DNA of 64,000 bases from NCBI GenBank assembly GCA_026387935.1, contig JAPLKU010000022.1, positions 520-64,519 on the forward strand, written 5' to 3'. The position numbers and the translations under genes are program-made. This DNA is from Gemmatimonadota bacterium. Its GTDB lineage: Bacteria > Gemmatimonadota > Gemmatimonadetes > Gemmatimonadales > Gemmatimonadaceae. Each line of letters opens with the position of its first letter. Position 1 is the stretch's first letter. This document shows positions 45,424 to 55,279 of this stretch, piece by piece. The notes beneath the pieces are model-generated. The model had not been told where the DNA came from, ran no database searches, and saw only the letters and a list, made by a program, of their open reading frames with translations.

Positions 45424-48400
45424 CTACATCGCGATCTTCGCGTCGGTGATCGGCTTCAGCTTCCCTGCCCACTGCTTGTTGAAGTCGGCAATCGTCTTGG
45501 TCATCAGCTCGGCGAACTTCGCTTTCGCGGTCTTGAGATCCTGCTCTATGTCGCCGAGCACCTGCACAGCCGCGTCGGTCGGCCGGTGGTCGGCGCCGCC
45601 GGCCACGTCACCTGCGCCGGTGCCGACGTCGCCGTTCAACCAAATGAGCTTCATGAAGATCTTCATCGTCTCGACGTAGTACTTATCGTCGCTCATGAGG
45701 TCGGAGTTCGTCAACATGAGCAGTTCCACGTCCTTGATCTTGCCATCAAGCGTCAGCAGCGCGGCCTTCGCATCGGGCTTGGTCGTATCCGCCTTCGCGA
45801 TGTCCTGCACCTGGCGCCGCATTACCTCGATGCGGTTGATCATCTGGACCGTTGCGTTCATGTCGTCACGCACTTTCGTCTGCGCCTTGGTCGAGGCGAC
45901 GATGTCAGCCACTGGCTGCTTGACATCCTTATCAAGGAGCACGGCGAACGGGCGAGTCTGCGACTTGCCGGCAACGGTCACGCGCACGCTGTACTTGCCG
46001 GGAGCCGCGAGTGGACCGTTCCGTTGCGGACCATCGATGCCCCAGTGGATGATGGGCCGAGTGTCCTTGCCCGCAAACCGGGGATCCTCCCAGATGTGCG
46101 GCTGCTCCGGTGGCGTGTGCCGCATTTCCACCTGCATCGGCGGCTCGTAGCGCAGGTTCCACGCGACCTTGTTCAGCCCCGGACGCCCGCGGCCGTTCAT
46201 CGTGCGGATCACTACGCCCGCCGAGTCGAGTACCTCCAGCTTGATCAATCCGTCGGTCACAGCCTTCAGGTCGAACTGGAAGTCCGCTCGACCGCTTCGG
46301 GCCTCACGGTAACCGGTGCGCGGCGCGAAGAGGTGGAAGTCAGCCGCCGCCGCGGCCTTGTCCTTTTCTTCGAGCGGTGCAATGTCGCGCAGGATGAAGA
46401 CGCCGCGTCCGTACGTCGACACGACCACATCATGCCACTCCTTCGGCGTCTCGATCCAGCTCACGGGGGCAGGCGGAAGCCCCGTCTTGAAGTGCGTCCA
46501 GTTCGCGCCGTCGTTCATCGAGTAGTAGAACGCGTGCGCCGTGCCGGCGAAGAGCATTCCCTTCCGGTTCGGGTTTTCACCCACCGACATCACGTAGTCG
46601 AGCGGATGTCCGTTCGGCAGATCACCCGTGACCTCCTTCCACGTCTTGCCGAAGTCTGTTGTCTTGTAAATGTGCGGCGATCGATCGTCGACCATGTGGT
46701 AGTCGGCCGTGAAATACGCCGTGCCCGCGTCGTGCCACGACGGCGTGATCTGCCGGATCGTGCCCAGCGGCTTCATTCCGACGTTCTTGGTGACGTCGTT
46801 CCACGTCGTGCCGCCATCGCGTGTGTTCCACACCTTGCCGTCGTTCGTGCCGGCCCAGATCAGCCCCTTCCGGATCTGGCTCGGCGCAATAGAGAACACC
46901 AGCGCGCCGTAGAACTGGCCAAGATTGTCGCCAACCACGCCGCCCGAGTTGACGATCATCGACTTGTCGCGTGTCGAGAGGTCGGGACTGGTCACCTTCC
47001 ACGTCTGCCCGCCATTGGACGTCTTGAAGATCACCTGACAGCCGTAGTAAACCGTGTTGTGGTCGAAGGGATCAATCGCAAGCGGCGGCGTCCAGTGGCA
47101 CCGGTACTTGATATCGTCGGGCGGCGAGTCAAGCGTGATGCCAAAGGGGGCCACCGAGCGTGCCAGCCCCGCCTTGTTGTCGAACCGCGTCACCTTGTTG
47201 CCGTAGCAGCTGGCCCAGATGATGTCGGCGTCGGTCGGGTCCGCGAGCGTGAAGCCCGACTCGCAGCCGCCGATTCCATGCTGCCAGGTGCCGACGCTCG
47301 CGTACGCGGCGTTGCCCGAACCGCCTGCACCACCACCGCGACCGCCGCGCCCACCCACGCCTCCCTGAGGCGGAATCGGCCCGAAGTCGATTGTCGTCGA
47401 GTCGACGGGCGCACGCGCGGCCGTCGAGTCGGCGACGCCGCTCGCGCCGCTCCCACTGCGGCCACCGCGGCCACCAAGACCGCCCGCTGCCGCAGAATCC
47501 GGAACGGGCGGGCCGAAGCCGCCACGCCCGCGTCCACCGCCGCCCGGAGGCGCCTCGACCACGTTGCTCGGTCCGCGAATCGTGCCATTGTCCTGGCGAT
47601 TCGTCAGCACCCAGTACGGAACCTGCTTGTCGGTCGAGACGTGATACATCTGGCCGTTGGGCAGCGTGACCGTGCCCGACTGTGCACCGTGCGTAGATGT
47701 GACCCGCGCGCCGGCATCGTTCGTGAGACCGAAGTGGTCGGCGTTAACTGGATCCCACCAGATGTCGTGATTGTCGCCGCCCCACGGCCGCTCGACGAAG
47801 GTCTTGGCTCCGTCGGTGGACTGGAAGAACGTCGAGCTCGCCAGAAGAATCTCATCGGGGTTCGACGGAGAGACCTCGAGGCGCGTGTAGTAGCCCGCGC
47901 GCCCGATCAGCGGTCGCTGCCAGTTCCACACCTTCCACGTGACTCCAGCGTCGTCTGAGCGCCAGACGGATCCCTGATCGGCGGTCTGCATCAGCGCGTA
48001 CACCCGCTTGCCATTGCTCGGCGCAACGGCCACGTCCACCTTGCCGACACCCGCCTTGGGCAGGCCATTCGCGAGGCGGGTCCAGGTTTCGCCCGCGTCG
48101 TTCGTCTTCCAGACGCCGCTGCCCGGGCCGCCGCTGTACATCGCCCACGTGGCCATCTTCACTTCCCACGTGCCGGCATAGAGGACGCGCGGATCCTGCT
48201 TGTCCATCGAGAGGCCCGAGCAACCTGTTTTGTCGTCGACAAAGAGCACGCGGCGCCAGCTGTTGCCGCCGTCGCCGGTACGGAACACTCCGCGCTCCTG
48301 CTGCGGCCCCGTTACACGACCGATTGCGCAGACATACACGATGTCGGGGTTGGTCGGATGGATGATGACCTTCCCGATCCGGCCGACTTCCCTGAGGCCC

Positions 48401-48837
48401 ATGTTCTTCCAGGTTGTTCCGGCATCGGCCGACTTGTAGACGCCGTCGCCGGCGATGTCCGCGTCGCGAATCACCCACGCCTCGCCGGTCCCGGCCCAGA
48501 CGATGTCGTGGTTCGATTGCGAGACGGCGAGCGCACCGATCGCCTGCACACCGGTCTCGTCAAAAATCGGCACGTTGGTCGTACCGTTGTTGGTCGACTT
48601 GAAGATGCCGCCCGAGGCGCTGCCGAAATACCAGGTATTGTTGTCACCAGGCACGCCGGCGATGGCGGAGACTCGGCCGCCGTCGGTCGGCCCAATGAAC
48701 TGGAACCAGAGCGAGTCGGCGCGAACGGGCGCGGTGGGCGCCGCGGTGGGCTGTTGGGCGGAGAGAGGCACGCCCGAGGCTGCGCCGACAGAAGCGAGCA
48801 GAGCGACGGATGCGATTAGGCGGGGGCGGAGCGACAT
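45424..48837 (-). CDS. secreted BNR/Asp-box repeat protein (sortilin/VPS10- or GH74-like double propeller)
   Basis: The start is ATG 48837, with signal peptide ...VPLSA|QQ. It has many S-x-D-x-G-x-T-W boxes (SADAGTTW, TGDGGNSW, TNDAGETW, SDDAGVTW, STDGAKTF, SNGGQTW, TRDGGTTW, TTDFGKTW, MNDGANW). Confidence 0.8.
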   Translation of the reverse strand: MSLRPRLIASVALLASVGAASGVPLSAQQPTAAPTAPVRADSLWFQFIGPTDGGRVSAIAGVPGDNNTWYFGSASGGIFKSTNNGTTNVPIFDETGVQAIGALAVSQSNHDIVWAGTGEAWVIRDADIAGDGVYKSADAGTTWKNMGLREVGRIGKVIIHPTNPDIVYVCAIGRVTGPQQERGVFRTGDGGNSWRRVLFVDDKTGCSGLSMDKQDPRVLYAGTWEVKMATWAMYSGGPGSGVWKTNDAGETWTRLANGLPKAGVGKVDVAVAPSNGKRVYALMQTADQGSVWRSDDAGVTWKVWNWQRPLIGRAGYYTRLEVSPSNPDEILLASSTFFQSTDGAKTFVERPWGGDNHDIWWDPVNADHFGLTNDAGARVTSTHGAQSGTVTLPNGQMYHVSTDKQVPYWVLTNRQDNGTIRGPSNVVEAPPGGGGRGRGGFGPPVPDSAAAGGLGGRGGRSGSGASGVADSTAARAPVDSTTIDFGPIPPQGGVGGRGGRGGGAGGSGNAAYASVGTWQHGIGGCESGFTLADPTDADIIWASCYGNKVTRFDNKAGLARSVAPFGITLDSPPDDIKYRCHWTPPLAIDPFDHNTVYYGCQVIFKTSNGGQTWKVTSPDLSTRDKSMIVNSGGVVGDNLGQFYGALVFSIAPSQIRKGLIWAGTNDGKVWNTRDGGTTWNDVTKNVGMKPLGTIRQITPSWHDAGTAYFTADYHMVDDRSPHIYKTTDFGKTWKEVTGDLPNGHPLDYVMSVGENPNRKGMLFAGTAHAFYYSMNDGANWTHFKTGLPPAPVSWIETPKEWHDVVVSTYGRGVFILRDIAPLEEKDKAAAAADFHLFAPRTGYREARSGRADFQFDLKAVTDGLIKLEVLDSAGVVIRTMNGRGRPGLNKVAWNLRYEPPMQVEMRHTPPEQPHIWEDPRFAGKDTRPIIHWGIDGPQRNGPLAAPGKYSVRVTVAGKSQTRPFAVLLDKDVKQPVADIVASTKAQTKVRDDMNATVQMINRIEVMRRQVQDIAKADTTKPDAKAALLTLDGKIKDVELLMLTNSDLMSDDKYYVETMKIFMKLIWLNGDVGTGAGDVAGGADHRPTDAAVQVLGDIEQDLKTAKAKFAELMTKTIADFNKQWAGKLKPITDAKIAM

Positions 48838-48896
48838 GCGTGTGTGATCCTCAGGGTCATGGTCAAACAGACCTCGGAAGATACGGAACCGCCTTG

Positions 48897-50957
48897 CTAC
48901 ACCGCTAACCGCCCGGCGACTACCTCGGCAATGTCCAGCACGGTAACATCGGCATCGCGCGCCTTCACGCTGTCGGCCAGCATCGTCATGCAGAAGGGGC
49001 ACGCCACAGCGATCGTCGTCGCACCGGTCGCGAGCGCCTCCTCGGCACGCTCCGCGTTGATTCGCTTGCCGCCTTCAGCCACATGTTCTTCCATGAACAT
49101 CCGGCCGCCGCCAGCACCACAGCACATGCCGCGATCGCGCGAGCGCGGCATTTCCACGAGTTCCATGACGGGCAATGCGCGCTTGAGGGCTTCGCGCGGC
49201 GCGTCGTACACCTCGTTGTAGCGACCGAGGTAGCAGGAGTCGTGGTAGGTGAACTTGCTCACCGGTTCGTGGAGATCAGCGCGGAGCGGCACCTTCCCTG
49301 CCGCGAGCAACTCTTCGATGAACGTCGAATGGTGGATGACGTCGAAGTGCCCACCCCACTGAGGGAACTCGTTGCCCATCTGGTGGAAGCAGTGCGGGCA
49401 GGCGGTCACCACCTTCGTCACCGCGTAGGTATTGAGGACACCAACGGCGTCCTTCGCGAGCATCTGGTAGAGGTACTCGTTGCCCATGCGTCGCGCGGGA
49501 TCGCCGTGGCACTTTTCTTCCTGCGCCAGAATCGCGAACCGCACGCCGGCAGCCTTCATGATCTTCGCAAACGCGACGGTAGTCTTCTTCGCGCGATCGT
49601 CAAACGAGCCCATGCAGCCAACCCAATAGAGCACGTCGGGCTTCTCGCCGCGGCCATGCAGTTCAGCCATCGTCGGGATGTCCATGCCGTCGGCCCACTT
49701 CGCGCGGTCGGCCGGGTCGAACGCCCAGGGCGAACCCTTCTGCTCCATGGACTCGAACGCCGGCAGGATCTCTTCCGGGAAGCGCGATTCCCCGAGGACG
49801 AGGTTGCGGCGCAGTTCGTTGATCACGGAGAGCTGATCAATGGAGACTGGGCATTCGGTCACGCAGGCGCGGCACGAAGTGCAGGCCCAGAGTTCGTCTT
49901 CGGTGATGTAGGTATCGAGCAGCGCGCGCGCGGTGGTTGCTCCGGCGGTTGTGACGGCGGTGCCGCCGGCACTCCGCCCAATCAGTCCGATCCCAGCGGC
50001 CGCCGATTTCTCTTCCAACCGCTCGCGGACGTTCACCATGATCTTGCGCGGGCTCAGCGGTTTGCCCGTGATGTTCGCCGGACACACGCTCGTGCAGCGG
50101 CCGCATTCCGTGCAGGCGAATCCATCGAGCAAGGATTTCCAACTCAGCTGCTCAACGTCCTTTGCGCCGAAGACTTCGAGGTCGCCTTCGAGGTCCATCG
50201 CCGACATGACGCCAACCTGCCCAGGCCCACTCGTGTTCGAGAGGTACACGTTCGGCAGCGACACCACGACGTGCAGGTGCTTCGAATACGGCAGATAGTT
50301 CAGGAAACTGAGCACCAGCAATCCGTGCGACACCCAGAACAGGCGCTCAAGTGTGAGTGCAGCACTTGGCGAGACGACCACCGATGACAACGCGGCAATC
50401 ACCGCCGAGATCGGCCGGAGCAAGCCAATACCGGGTTCCGGATTGGCGACCATCGCCATCGCCTGATCGCCGAACATCGTGATCATCAGCGCGCCGATCC
50501 ACGACAGAATCAACAACGGGTCATTCGGATGCGTCTCGGCGCCCATCAACCGCTTCACCCGCTTGGTGATGCGGCGGAAAAGCGCAAACGACACCGCGAG
50601 CAGCACCAGCGCGCCCCAGACGTCCTGATTGATCGTGTAGAAGCGGTACAGCACGCCCGGCAGGACCTTCGCGAAACTGAACGACGGGAACACACCGGCG
50701 ACAAGAAACTCGATCGTGCCGGCGGTCAGCACGCAGAAGCCCCAGAAAATCGCCGCGTGCATCGGGCCCGCAACCGAATCGCGGAAGATCTTCTTCTGGA
50801 AGATTCCGATCGAGAGCAGGTTGCCCAACCGTGCGCCGACATCGCTCCAACGGGAGTCGTCGAGTCGGCCCATGCGCAGTTCAAGGATGAGTCGCCACGC
50901 GTTCCAGGCAAACAAGCCGAACGCGGCGACTACGACGAGCGCAAAGACGATGTGCAC
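48897..50957 (-). CDS. membrane-anchored Fe-S oxidoreductase (heterodisulfide-reductase-like CCG domains; EtfD-like)
   Basis: It has N-terminal TM helices, two 4Fe-4S ferredoxin motifs ([24 protein letters not shown]), and C-terminal cysteine-rich CCG-type motifs (..CCGAGGG..). It lies directly downstream of etfBA. Confidence 0.75.
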   Translation of the reverse strand: MHIVFALVVVAAFGLFAWNAWRLILELRMGRLDDSRWSDVGARLGNLLSIGIFQKKIFRDSVAGPMHAAIFWGFCVLTAGTIEFLVAGVFPSFSFAKVLPGVLYRFYTINQDVWGALVLLAVSFALFRRITKRVKRLMGAETHPNDPLLILSWIGALMITMFGDQAMAMVANPEPGIGLLRPISAVIAALSSVVVSPSAALTLERLFWVSHGLLVLSFLNYLPYSKHLHVVVSLPNVYLSNTSGPGQVGVMSAMDLEGDLEVFGAKDVEQLSWKSLLDGFACTECGRCTSVCPANITGKPLSPRKIMVNVRERLEEKSAAAGIGLIGRSAGGTAVTTAGATTARALLDTYITEDELWACTSCRACVTECPVSIDQLSVINELRRNLVLGESRFPEEILPAFESMEQKGSPWAFDPADRAKWADGMDIPTMAELHGRGEKPDVLYWVGCMGSFDDRAKKTTVAFAKIMKAAGVRFAILAQEEKCHGDPARRMGNEYLYQMLAKDAVGVLNTYAVTKVVTACPHCFHQMGNEFPQWGGHFDVIHHSTFIEELLAAGKVPLRADLHEPVSKFTYHDSCYLGRYNEVYDAPREALKRALPVMELVEMPRSRDRGMCCGAGGGRMFMEEHVAEGGKRINAERAEEALATGATTIAVACPFCMTMLADSVKARDADVTVLDIAEVVAGRLAV

Positions 50958-50961
50958 GGCG

Positions 50962-51951
50962 CTAGCCGCTCTTCGCCTTCTTCACCGCGTCCGTCAGCAC
51001 GGGGAGCACCTGCAGAACATCGCCGACGATGCCATAGTCCGCCACCTTGAAGATCGGCGCCTCACGGTCCTTGTTGATGGCGACGATCGTCTTCGCCGTG
51101 CGCATGCCTGCAAGGTGCTGAATCGCACCAGAGATGCCGCAGGCGACATACAAATCCGGACTGACGAGCCGTCCCGTCTGGCCGATCTGGTCCGAGTGCG
51201 GACGCCAGCCATCGTCGGTCACCGCGCGGGTTGCGCCGACCGCTGCATTTCCGAACGCCGCCGCGAGATCTTCGACGAGCTTGAAGTTTGCCGCCTCTTT
51301 GAGGCCGCGGCCGCCGCTGATGATCACCGGCGCTTCGCCGAGGTCGAGCTTCGCACCGCCTGATACCTCGGTGGCGGTCACCTTCACGCGCACCGACGAC
51401 GGATCGATCACGCTGGTGATCGTCTCGATGGTACCGGCCTTCGCGCTTTCCTTCGGCAGTACCGCACCGGCACGCAACGAAATGATGGCCGGCGTCGCCT
51501 TGAGCGAGAAGGTCTGAATGACCTTGTTCGTGTAGCCGGGGTGCTTCACAGTGGCGGTGTCGCCAGCAATGCTGAACTCCGTGACGTCGGACGCATACGG
51601 CACACCGAGCTTTGCCGCCGAACGCGCCACGAGGTCATGCCCCTGCGCGCTGGCAGCGAAGAACGCCGCGCCGTACCCGCTCGTGATTCGCGCCGCGATC
51701 GTGGCGGCGAGTGCCTCGGGATTGTAATGCGTGAATCCGGCGTGCTCGAGCACGATCACGACGTCGGCGCCATGCGCGGCGAGCTTGGCCGCGTGCTGGC
51801 CAATTCCGGGCGCGCCGGCAATCATCGCGTGCACCTGCCCACCCGTCTGGTCGGCCACTTGGCGCGCGGCCGTGACGGCCTCAAGCGAGGCGCGGCGAAT
51901 ATTGCCGAGGCAACTCTCGGCGAAGGCGAAAGTATTGTTGGAGTTGCTCAC
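50962..51951 (-). CDS. etfA: electron transfer flavoprotein subunit alpha
   Basis: GTG 51951 overlaps the etfB stop. The FAD-binding C-terminal region is [17 protein letters not shown]. Confidence 0.9.
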   Translation of the reverse strand: MSNSNNTFAFAESCLGNIRRASLEAVTAARQVADQTGGQVHAMIAGAPGIGQHAAKLAAHGADVVIVLEHAGFTHYNPEALAATIAARITSGYGAAFFAASAQGHDLVARSAAKLGVPYASDVTEFSIAGDTATVKHPGYTNKVIQTFSLKATPAIISLRAGAVLPKESAKAGTIETITSVIDPSSVRVKVTATEVSGGAKLDLGEAPVIISGGRGLKEAANFKLVEDLAAAFGNAAVGATRAVTDDGWRPHSDQIGQTGRLVSPDLYVACGISGAIQHLAGMRTAKTIVAINKDREAPIFKVADYGIVGDVLQVLPVLTDAVKKAKSG

Positions 51952-52700
51952 AGGATCTTGGCCTCTTCCTTGAGGAGGCGGACAAGCTCGGGCACGGCAT
52001 CGGGGCCCTCGCCAATGATGCGGCCACCTGTGCGTTCCGGAGGAAGCTCCAGCGATTCAAGGGTGTACCGCTGCGCGCCAAGTTGCGCCGGGCGCACGTC
52101 CATCGGTTTCTTCTTTGCCGCCATGATCCCCTTGAGCGAGGGGTATCGCGCGCGCGCGATGCCTTCATCAATCGAGAGCACTGCCGGCAGCGTGCACTCG
52201 ACGAGCTCGAACGCCCCCTCAAGTTCGCGGCGCGCTTTCACCATGCCGCCTTCGACATCGAGCTTCGTGATCGCGCCGATGTACGGCCTGTCGAGCAGTT
52301 CGGCGAGTTGCGCCCCGACCGACCGGTTTTGCGTATCCACCGCCATGCGGCCGGTGAGAATCAGGTCGTACGCGCCTTCCTTGAGCTCGGCCGCCAATGC
52401 AGATGCAATTGCATAGCCGTCGTGAACAGGAGTGTCATGCTTGAGCTGAACGGCGCGGTGGGCGCCCATCGAGAGCGCCTTGCGCAGGGTCTCCTGCACG
52501 GCGTCGGGGCCAACGGAGACGACCGTCACCTCACCCGCGCCCGCCTTTTCAGTTAGCTGAATGGCCACTTCGGCAGCGTACCCGTCGAAGTCGCTCATAT
52601 CGAATTTGAGACCGGCTTCGTCAACCGCCTTTCCGCCGGCGGCGATCTTGAAGCGCACGTCCTGGTCGGGGACGCGCTTGATGCAAACGGCGATTTTCAT
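51948..52700 (-). CDS. etfB: electron transfer flavoprotein subunit beta
   Basis: The N-terminus MKIAVCIKRVPD is typical of EtfB. Confidence 0.9.
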   Translation of the reverse strand: MKIAVCIKRVPDQDVRFKIAAGGKAVDEAGLKFDMSDFDGYAAEVAIQLTEKAGAGEVTVVSVGPDAVQETLRKALSMGAHRAVQLKHDTPVHDGYAIASALAAELKEGAYDLILTGRMAVDTQNRSVGAQLAELLDRPYIGAITKLDVEGGMVKARRELEGAFELVECTLPAVLSIDEGIARARYPSLKGIMAAKKKPMDVRPAQLGAQRYTLESLELPPERTGGRIIGEGPDAVPELVRLLKEEAKIL

Positions 52701-52778
52701 TGCCCGTTGAGTCTGATGTTCACAGAAGAAAATTTAGCGCCCGCACACATCGAACAACAGCAACGGCGAGTAGACAGG

Positions 52779-52806
52779 TCACGGTTGTCGGTTATCGGTT
52801 GTCGGT
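52779..52806 (-). repeat. four tandem heptamers upstream of etfB
   Basis: The plus strand reads TCACGGT TGTCGGT TATCGGT TGTCGGT, which is (ACCGAYA)n on the minus strand. The array lies 79-106 nt upstream of the etfB ATG. Confidence 0.7.
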
Positions 52807-52830
52807 CGCCCGCACCACCGGCGCCCGACG

Positions 52831-53054
52831 CCCGTGTACCTCGCCAACGCCGTCAAGCACGGGCGAGAGGTCGCGATCAAGGTGCTGCTGCCGGAACCGT
52901 CAGCCACGCTCGGCGCCGACCGGTTTGAGCGCGAGGGAATGCTGCCTACGGCCTCGACACATCACCGGCAGCGTTCATCGCAGGGCACTACTGCTGGGTC
53001 ATCGCGAACTGGAACGACGGTTTGAAGACAGAAGGCTGGTTCCTGCTCAAGTAG
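52831..53054 (+). pseudogene. collapsed remnant of a Ser/Thr protein kinase gene
   Basis: PVYLANAVKHGREVAIKVLLPEPSATLGADRFERE matches kinase subdomains I-III (the VAIK lysine). There is no catalytic loop, no proper start, and a frame change before the terminal stop at 53052. Confidence 0.5.
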
Positions 53055-53078
53055 CGTGACCGGCTGATTAGTCGAAGC

Positions 53079-53113
53079 GGGCCCCGGGACTTCCCGGGGC
53101 CCGTTCTCGTTTC
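53079..53113 (+). terminator. strong intrinsic terminator after the kinase remnant
   Basis: The palindrome GGGCCCCGGGA-CT-TCCCGGGGCCC can form a stem of about 9 bp, almost entirely G:C, followed by GTTCTCGTTTC. Confidence 0.6.
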
Positions 53114-53161
53114 GGGCCGCAAACGCTTATCGTACAGCAACCACCGCCGGAGGGTCGCTCG

Positions 53162-53968
53162 ATGGCTGCAACAGGAGATTCCGGTTCCGTGCGCCTCGTG
53201 GCGCTGATCACCGGCGCGACCGCCGGTATTGGGCGCGTGTTCGCCCAGCGCTTGGCCGCCAGTGGGCATGACCTGATTCTTGTCGCGCGCGATGCCACGC
53301 GCTTGAGCGCGCTGGCCGATGAGCTTTCGCTCCAGTACGGCATTACCGCCGAGCCTCTCGCGGCGGACCTTGCGCGCGACGACGGCATGCGCCGCGTGGC
53401 CGATCGCATCGCACAGGAACCGCGGCTCGCCGTGCTGGTCAACAATGCCGGCTTTGGTACGAAGGGCCGCTTGGTCAATCGTCCGGTAGCCGAGCAGGCG
53501 ACAATGCTGGAACTACACGTGATGGCACCGATGATTCACACGCGCGCCGCGCTTCCGGGCATGATCGAGCGCCGCCGCGGCTGGATCATCAACGTGGCGT
53601 CGGTGGCGTCGTACACCTACTCGATGGGCAACGTGAACTACTGCGCCACCAAGGCGTACCTGCGCGTCTTCAGCGAATCACTGGCGCTCGAGCTCGCGGG
53701 AACCGGTGTTCAGGTGCAGGCGCTCTGCCCGGGATTCACCCACACCGAGTTCCACGACCGCGCCGGAATGGACAAGACCACGATCGCCGGCCTGCTCTGG
53801 CTGACGTCAGACCGGGTGGTGGACGAATCCTTGGCGCAGATCGCCGCGGGCGGGCACCCCGTGTGTGTGCCCAGCCTTCGCTTCAAACTGATTGTGCTGC
53901 TGCTGCGGCACATGCCCGAGTGGGCCATGCGCCCGATGCGCGCGAGGTACGGAAAACTCAGGACGTAG
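53162..53968 (+). CDS. short-chain dehydrogenase/reductase
   Basis: It has the cofactor motif TGATAGIG and the catalytic YCATK (YxxxK). Confidence 0.85.
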   Translation: MAATGDSGSVRLVALITGATAGIGRVFAQRLAASGHDLILVARDATRLSALADELSLQYGITAEPLAADLARDDGMRRVADRIAQEPRLAVLVNNAGFGTKGRLVNRPVAEQATMLELHVMAPMIHTRAALPGMIERRRGWIINVASVASYTYSMGNVNYCATKAYLRVFSESLALELAGTGVQVQALCPGFTHTEFHDRAGMDKTTIAGLLWLTSDRVVDESLAQIAAGGHPVCVPSLRFKLIVLLLRHMPEWAMRPMRARYGKLRT

Positions 53969-53989
53969 CGGGTAGCCGATCACGTCGCC

Positions 53990-55219
53990 CTACTTGAACG
54001 CGTTCATCCCGGTCACGGCCATCCCGAGGATGAGCGAATGCACGTCGTGCGTTCCCTCATACGTGTAGACGCTTTCGAGGTTCGCCATGTGCCGCATGCT
54101 CGCGTACTCGGCAAGAATGCCGTTGGCACCGAGTAGCCGACGCGCTTCGCGCGCGATATCTGTGGCGATGTTCACATTGTTCCGCTTGGCCAGTGAGACT
54201 TGCTGCGGCGTGAAGGTGCCGGCGTCCTTCATGCGACCCAGGTGAAGTGACACAAGCTGGCCCTTCACGATTTCGGTAATCATCTCGGCGAGCCGCACCT
54301 GCTGAATCTGAAATCCGCCGATGGGTTTGTCGAACATAATGCGCGTCTTCGAGTACTCCAGCGCCTCTTCGTAGCAGGCCATCGCCGCGCCGAGGGCGCC
54401 CCACGAGATGCCGTAGCGCGCTTGCGTGAGGCACATGAGCGGACTCTTCAAGCCGCCGGACTTCGGCAGGATCGCGTCGGCCGGCAGGTGCACATCGGCG
54501 AATACGAGCTCGCTCGTGTCGCTCGCTCGGAGCGAGAGCTTGCCTTTCTGGTCCTTGGCCGAGAAACCCGTCGAGTTCGTCGGAACGAGAAAGCCGCGAA
54601 CGCTCGTGCCCTCCGTGTCGTTGTCCTCGGTCTTGGCCCAGACAACGGCCACCACAGCCGCTGACCCGTTGGTGATCCACATCTTTGCTCCGTTCAGAAT
54701 CCAGGAGCCGTCCTTCTGCTTCCGCGCGCGGGTAATCATCCCAGCGGGATTCGAACCATAGTCAGGCTCGGTGAGGCCGAAGCAACCAATCGCCTCGCCC
54801 TTGGCCATTTTTGGCAGCCAGTGCTTCTTCTGCTCTTCGGAGCCGAAGGCGTAGATGGGATACATCACGAGCGCGCCCTGCACGCTGGCGAAGGAGCGCA
54901 CGCCGGAATCGCCGCGCTCGAGTTCCTGCATGATGAGCCCGTAGCTCACGTTGTTGAGCCCGGCGCAGCCGTATTCCTCGGGGAGGTTCGCGCCGAAGAA
55001 TCCGAGTTCGCCCATTTCGGGAATCAGCTGCTTCGGGAACTTCCCCTCCACATAACAATCCCCGATGATCGGAAGCACGCGCTCGTCCACGAAGCGACGA
55101 ACGGTGTCGCGAACCGCGCGCTCTTCTTCGGTCAGGGCGGCGTCAATATTGAACAGGTCGCCCTCGCGGGGCTTGAGTTCCGGGGAGGCGAGATGGGTGT
55201 CGTGTGGGGGGGTAGCCAT
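53990..55219 (-). CDS. acyl-CoA dehydrogenase, glutaryl-CoA dehydrogenase-like
   Basis: The start is ATG 55219. GCFGLTEPDYGSNPAGM and WITNG are typical of GCDH-type ACADs. ETF genes are nearby. Confidence 0.8.
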   Translation of the reverse strand: MATPPHDTHLASPELKPREGDLFNIDAALTEEERAVRDTVRRFVDERVLPIIGDCYVEGKFPKQLIPEMGELGFFGANLPEEYGCAGLNNVSYGLIMQELERGDSGVRSFASVQGALVMYPIYAFGSEEQKKHWLPKMAKGEAIGCFGLTEPDYGSNPAGMITRARKQKDGSWILNGAKMWITNGSAAVVAVVWAKTEDNDTEGTSVRGFLVPTNSTGFSAKDQKGKLSLRASDTSELVFADVHLPADAILPKSGGLKSPLMCLTQARYGISWGALGAAMACYEEALEYSKTRIMFDKPIGGFQIQQVRLAEMITEIVKGQLVSLHLGRMKDAGTFTPQQVSLAKRNNVNIATDIAREARRLLGANGILAEYASMRHMANLESVYTYEGTHDVHSLILGMAVTGMNAFK

Positions 55220-55279
55220 GCGCTTAACACTAGTTGAGCGGCGGCAATGGAACACCGTGGCGGGGCCCGGCGACGCCCC

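Noticed and set aside
45346-47958. An 870-aa forward ORF, and many other long ORFs antisense to confident genes (for example 40069..41283, 5736..6809, 8040..9341, 11280..12920, 33202..34164, 35601..36575, 36002..37165, 31030..31944, 62325..63242).
   Set aside because: These are typical shadow ORFs of a very GC-rich genome. They are Arg/Ala/Pro/Gly-rich, have no recognisable domains, and each fully overlaps a gene with strong family motifs on the other strand.
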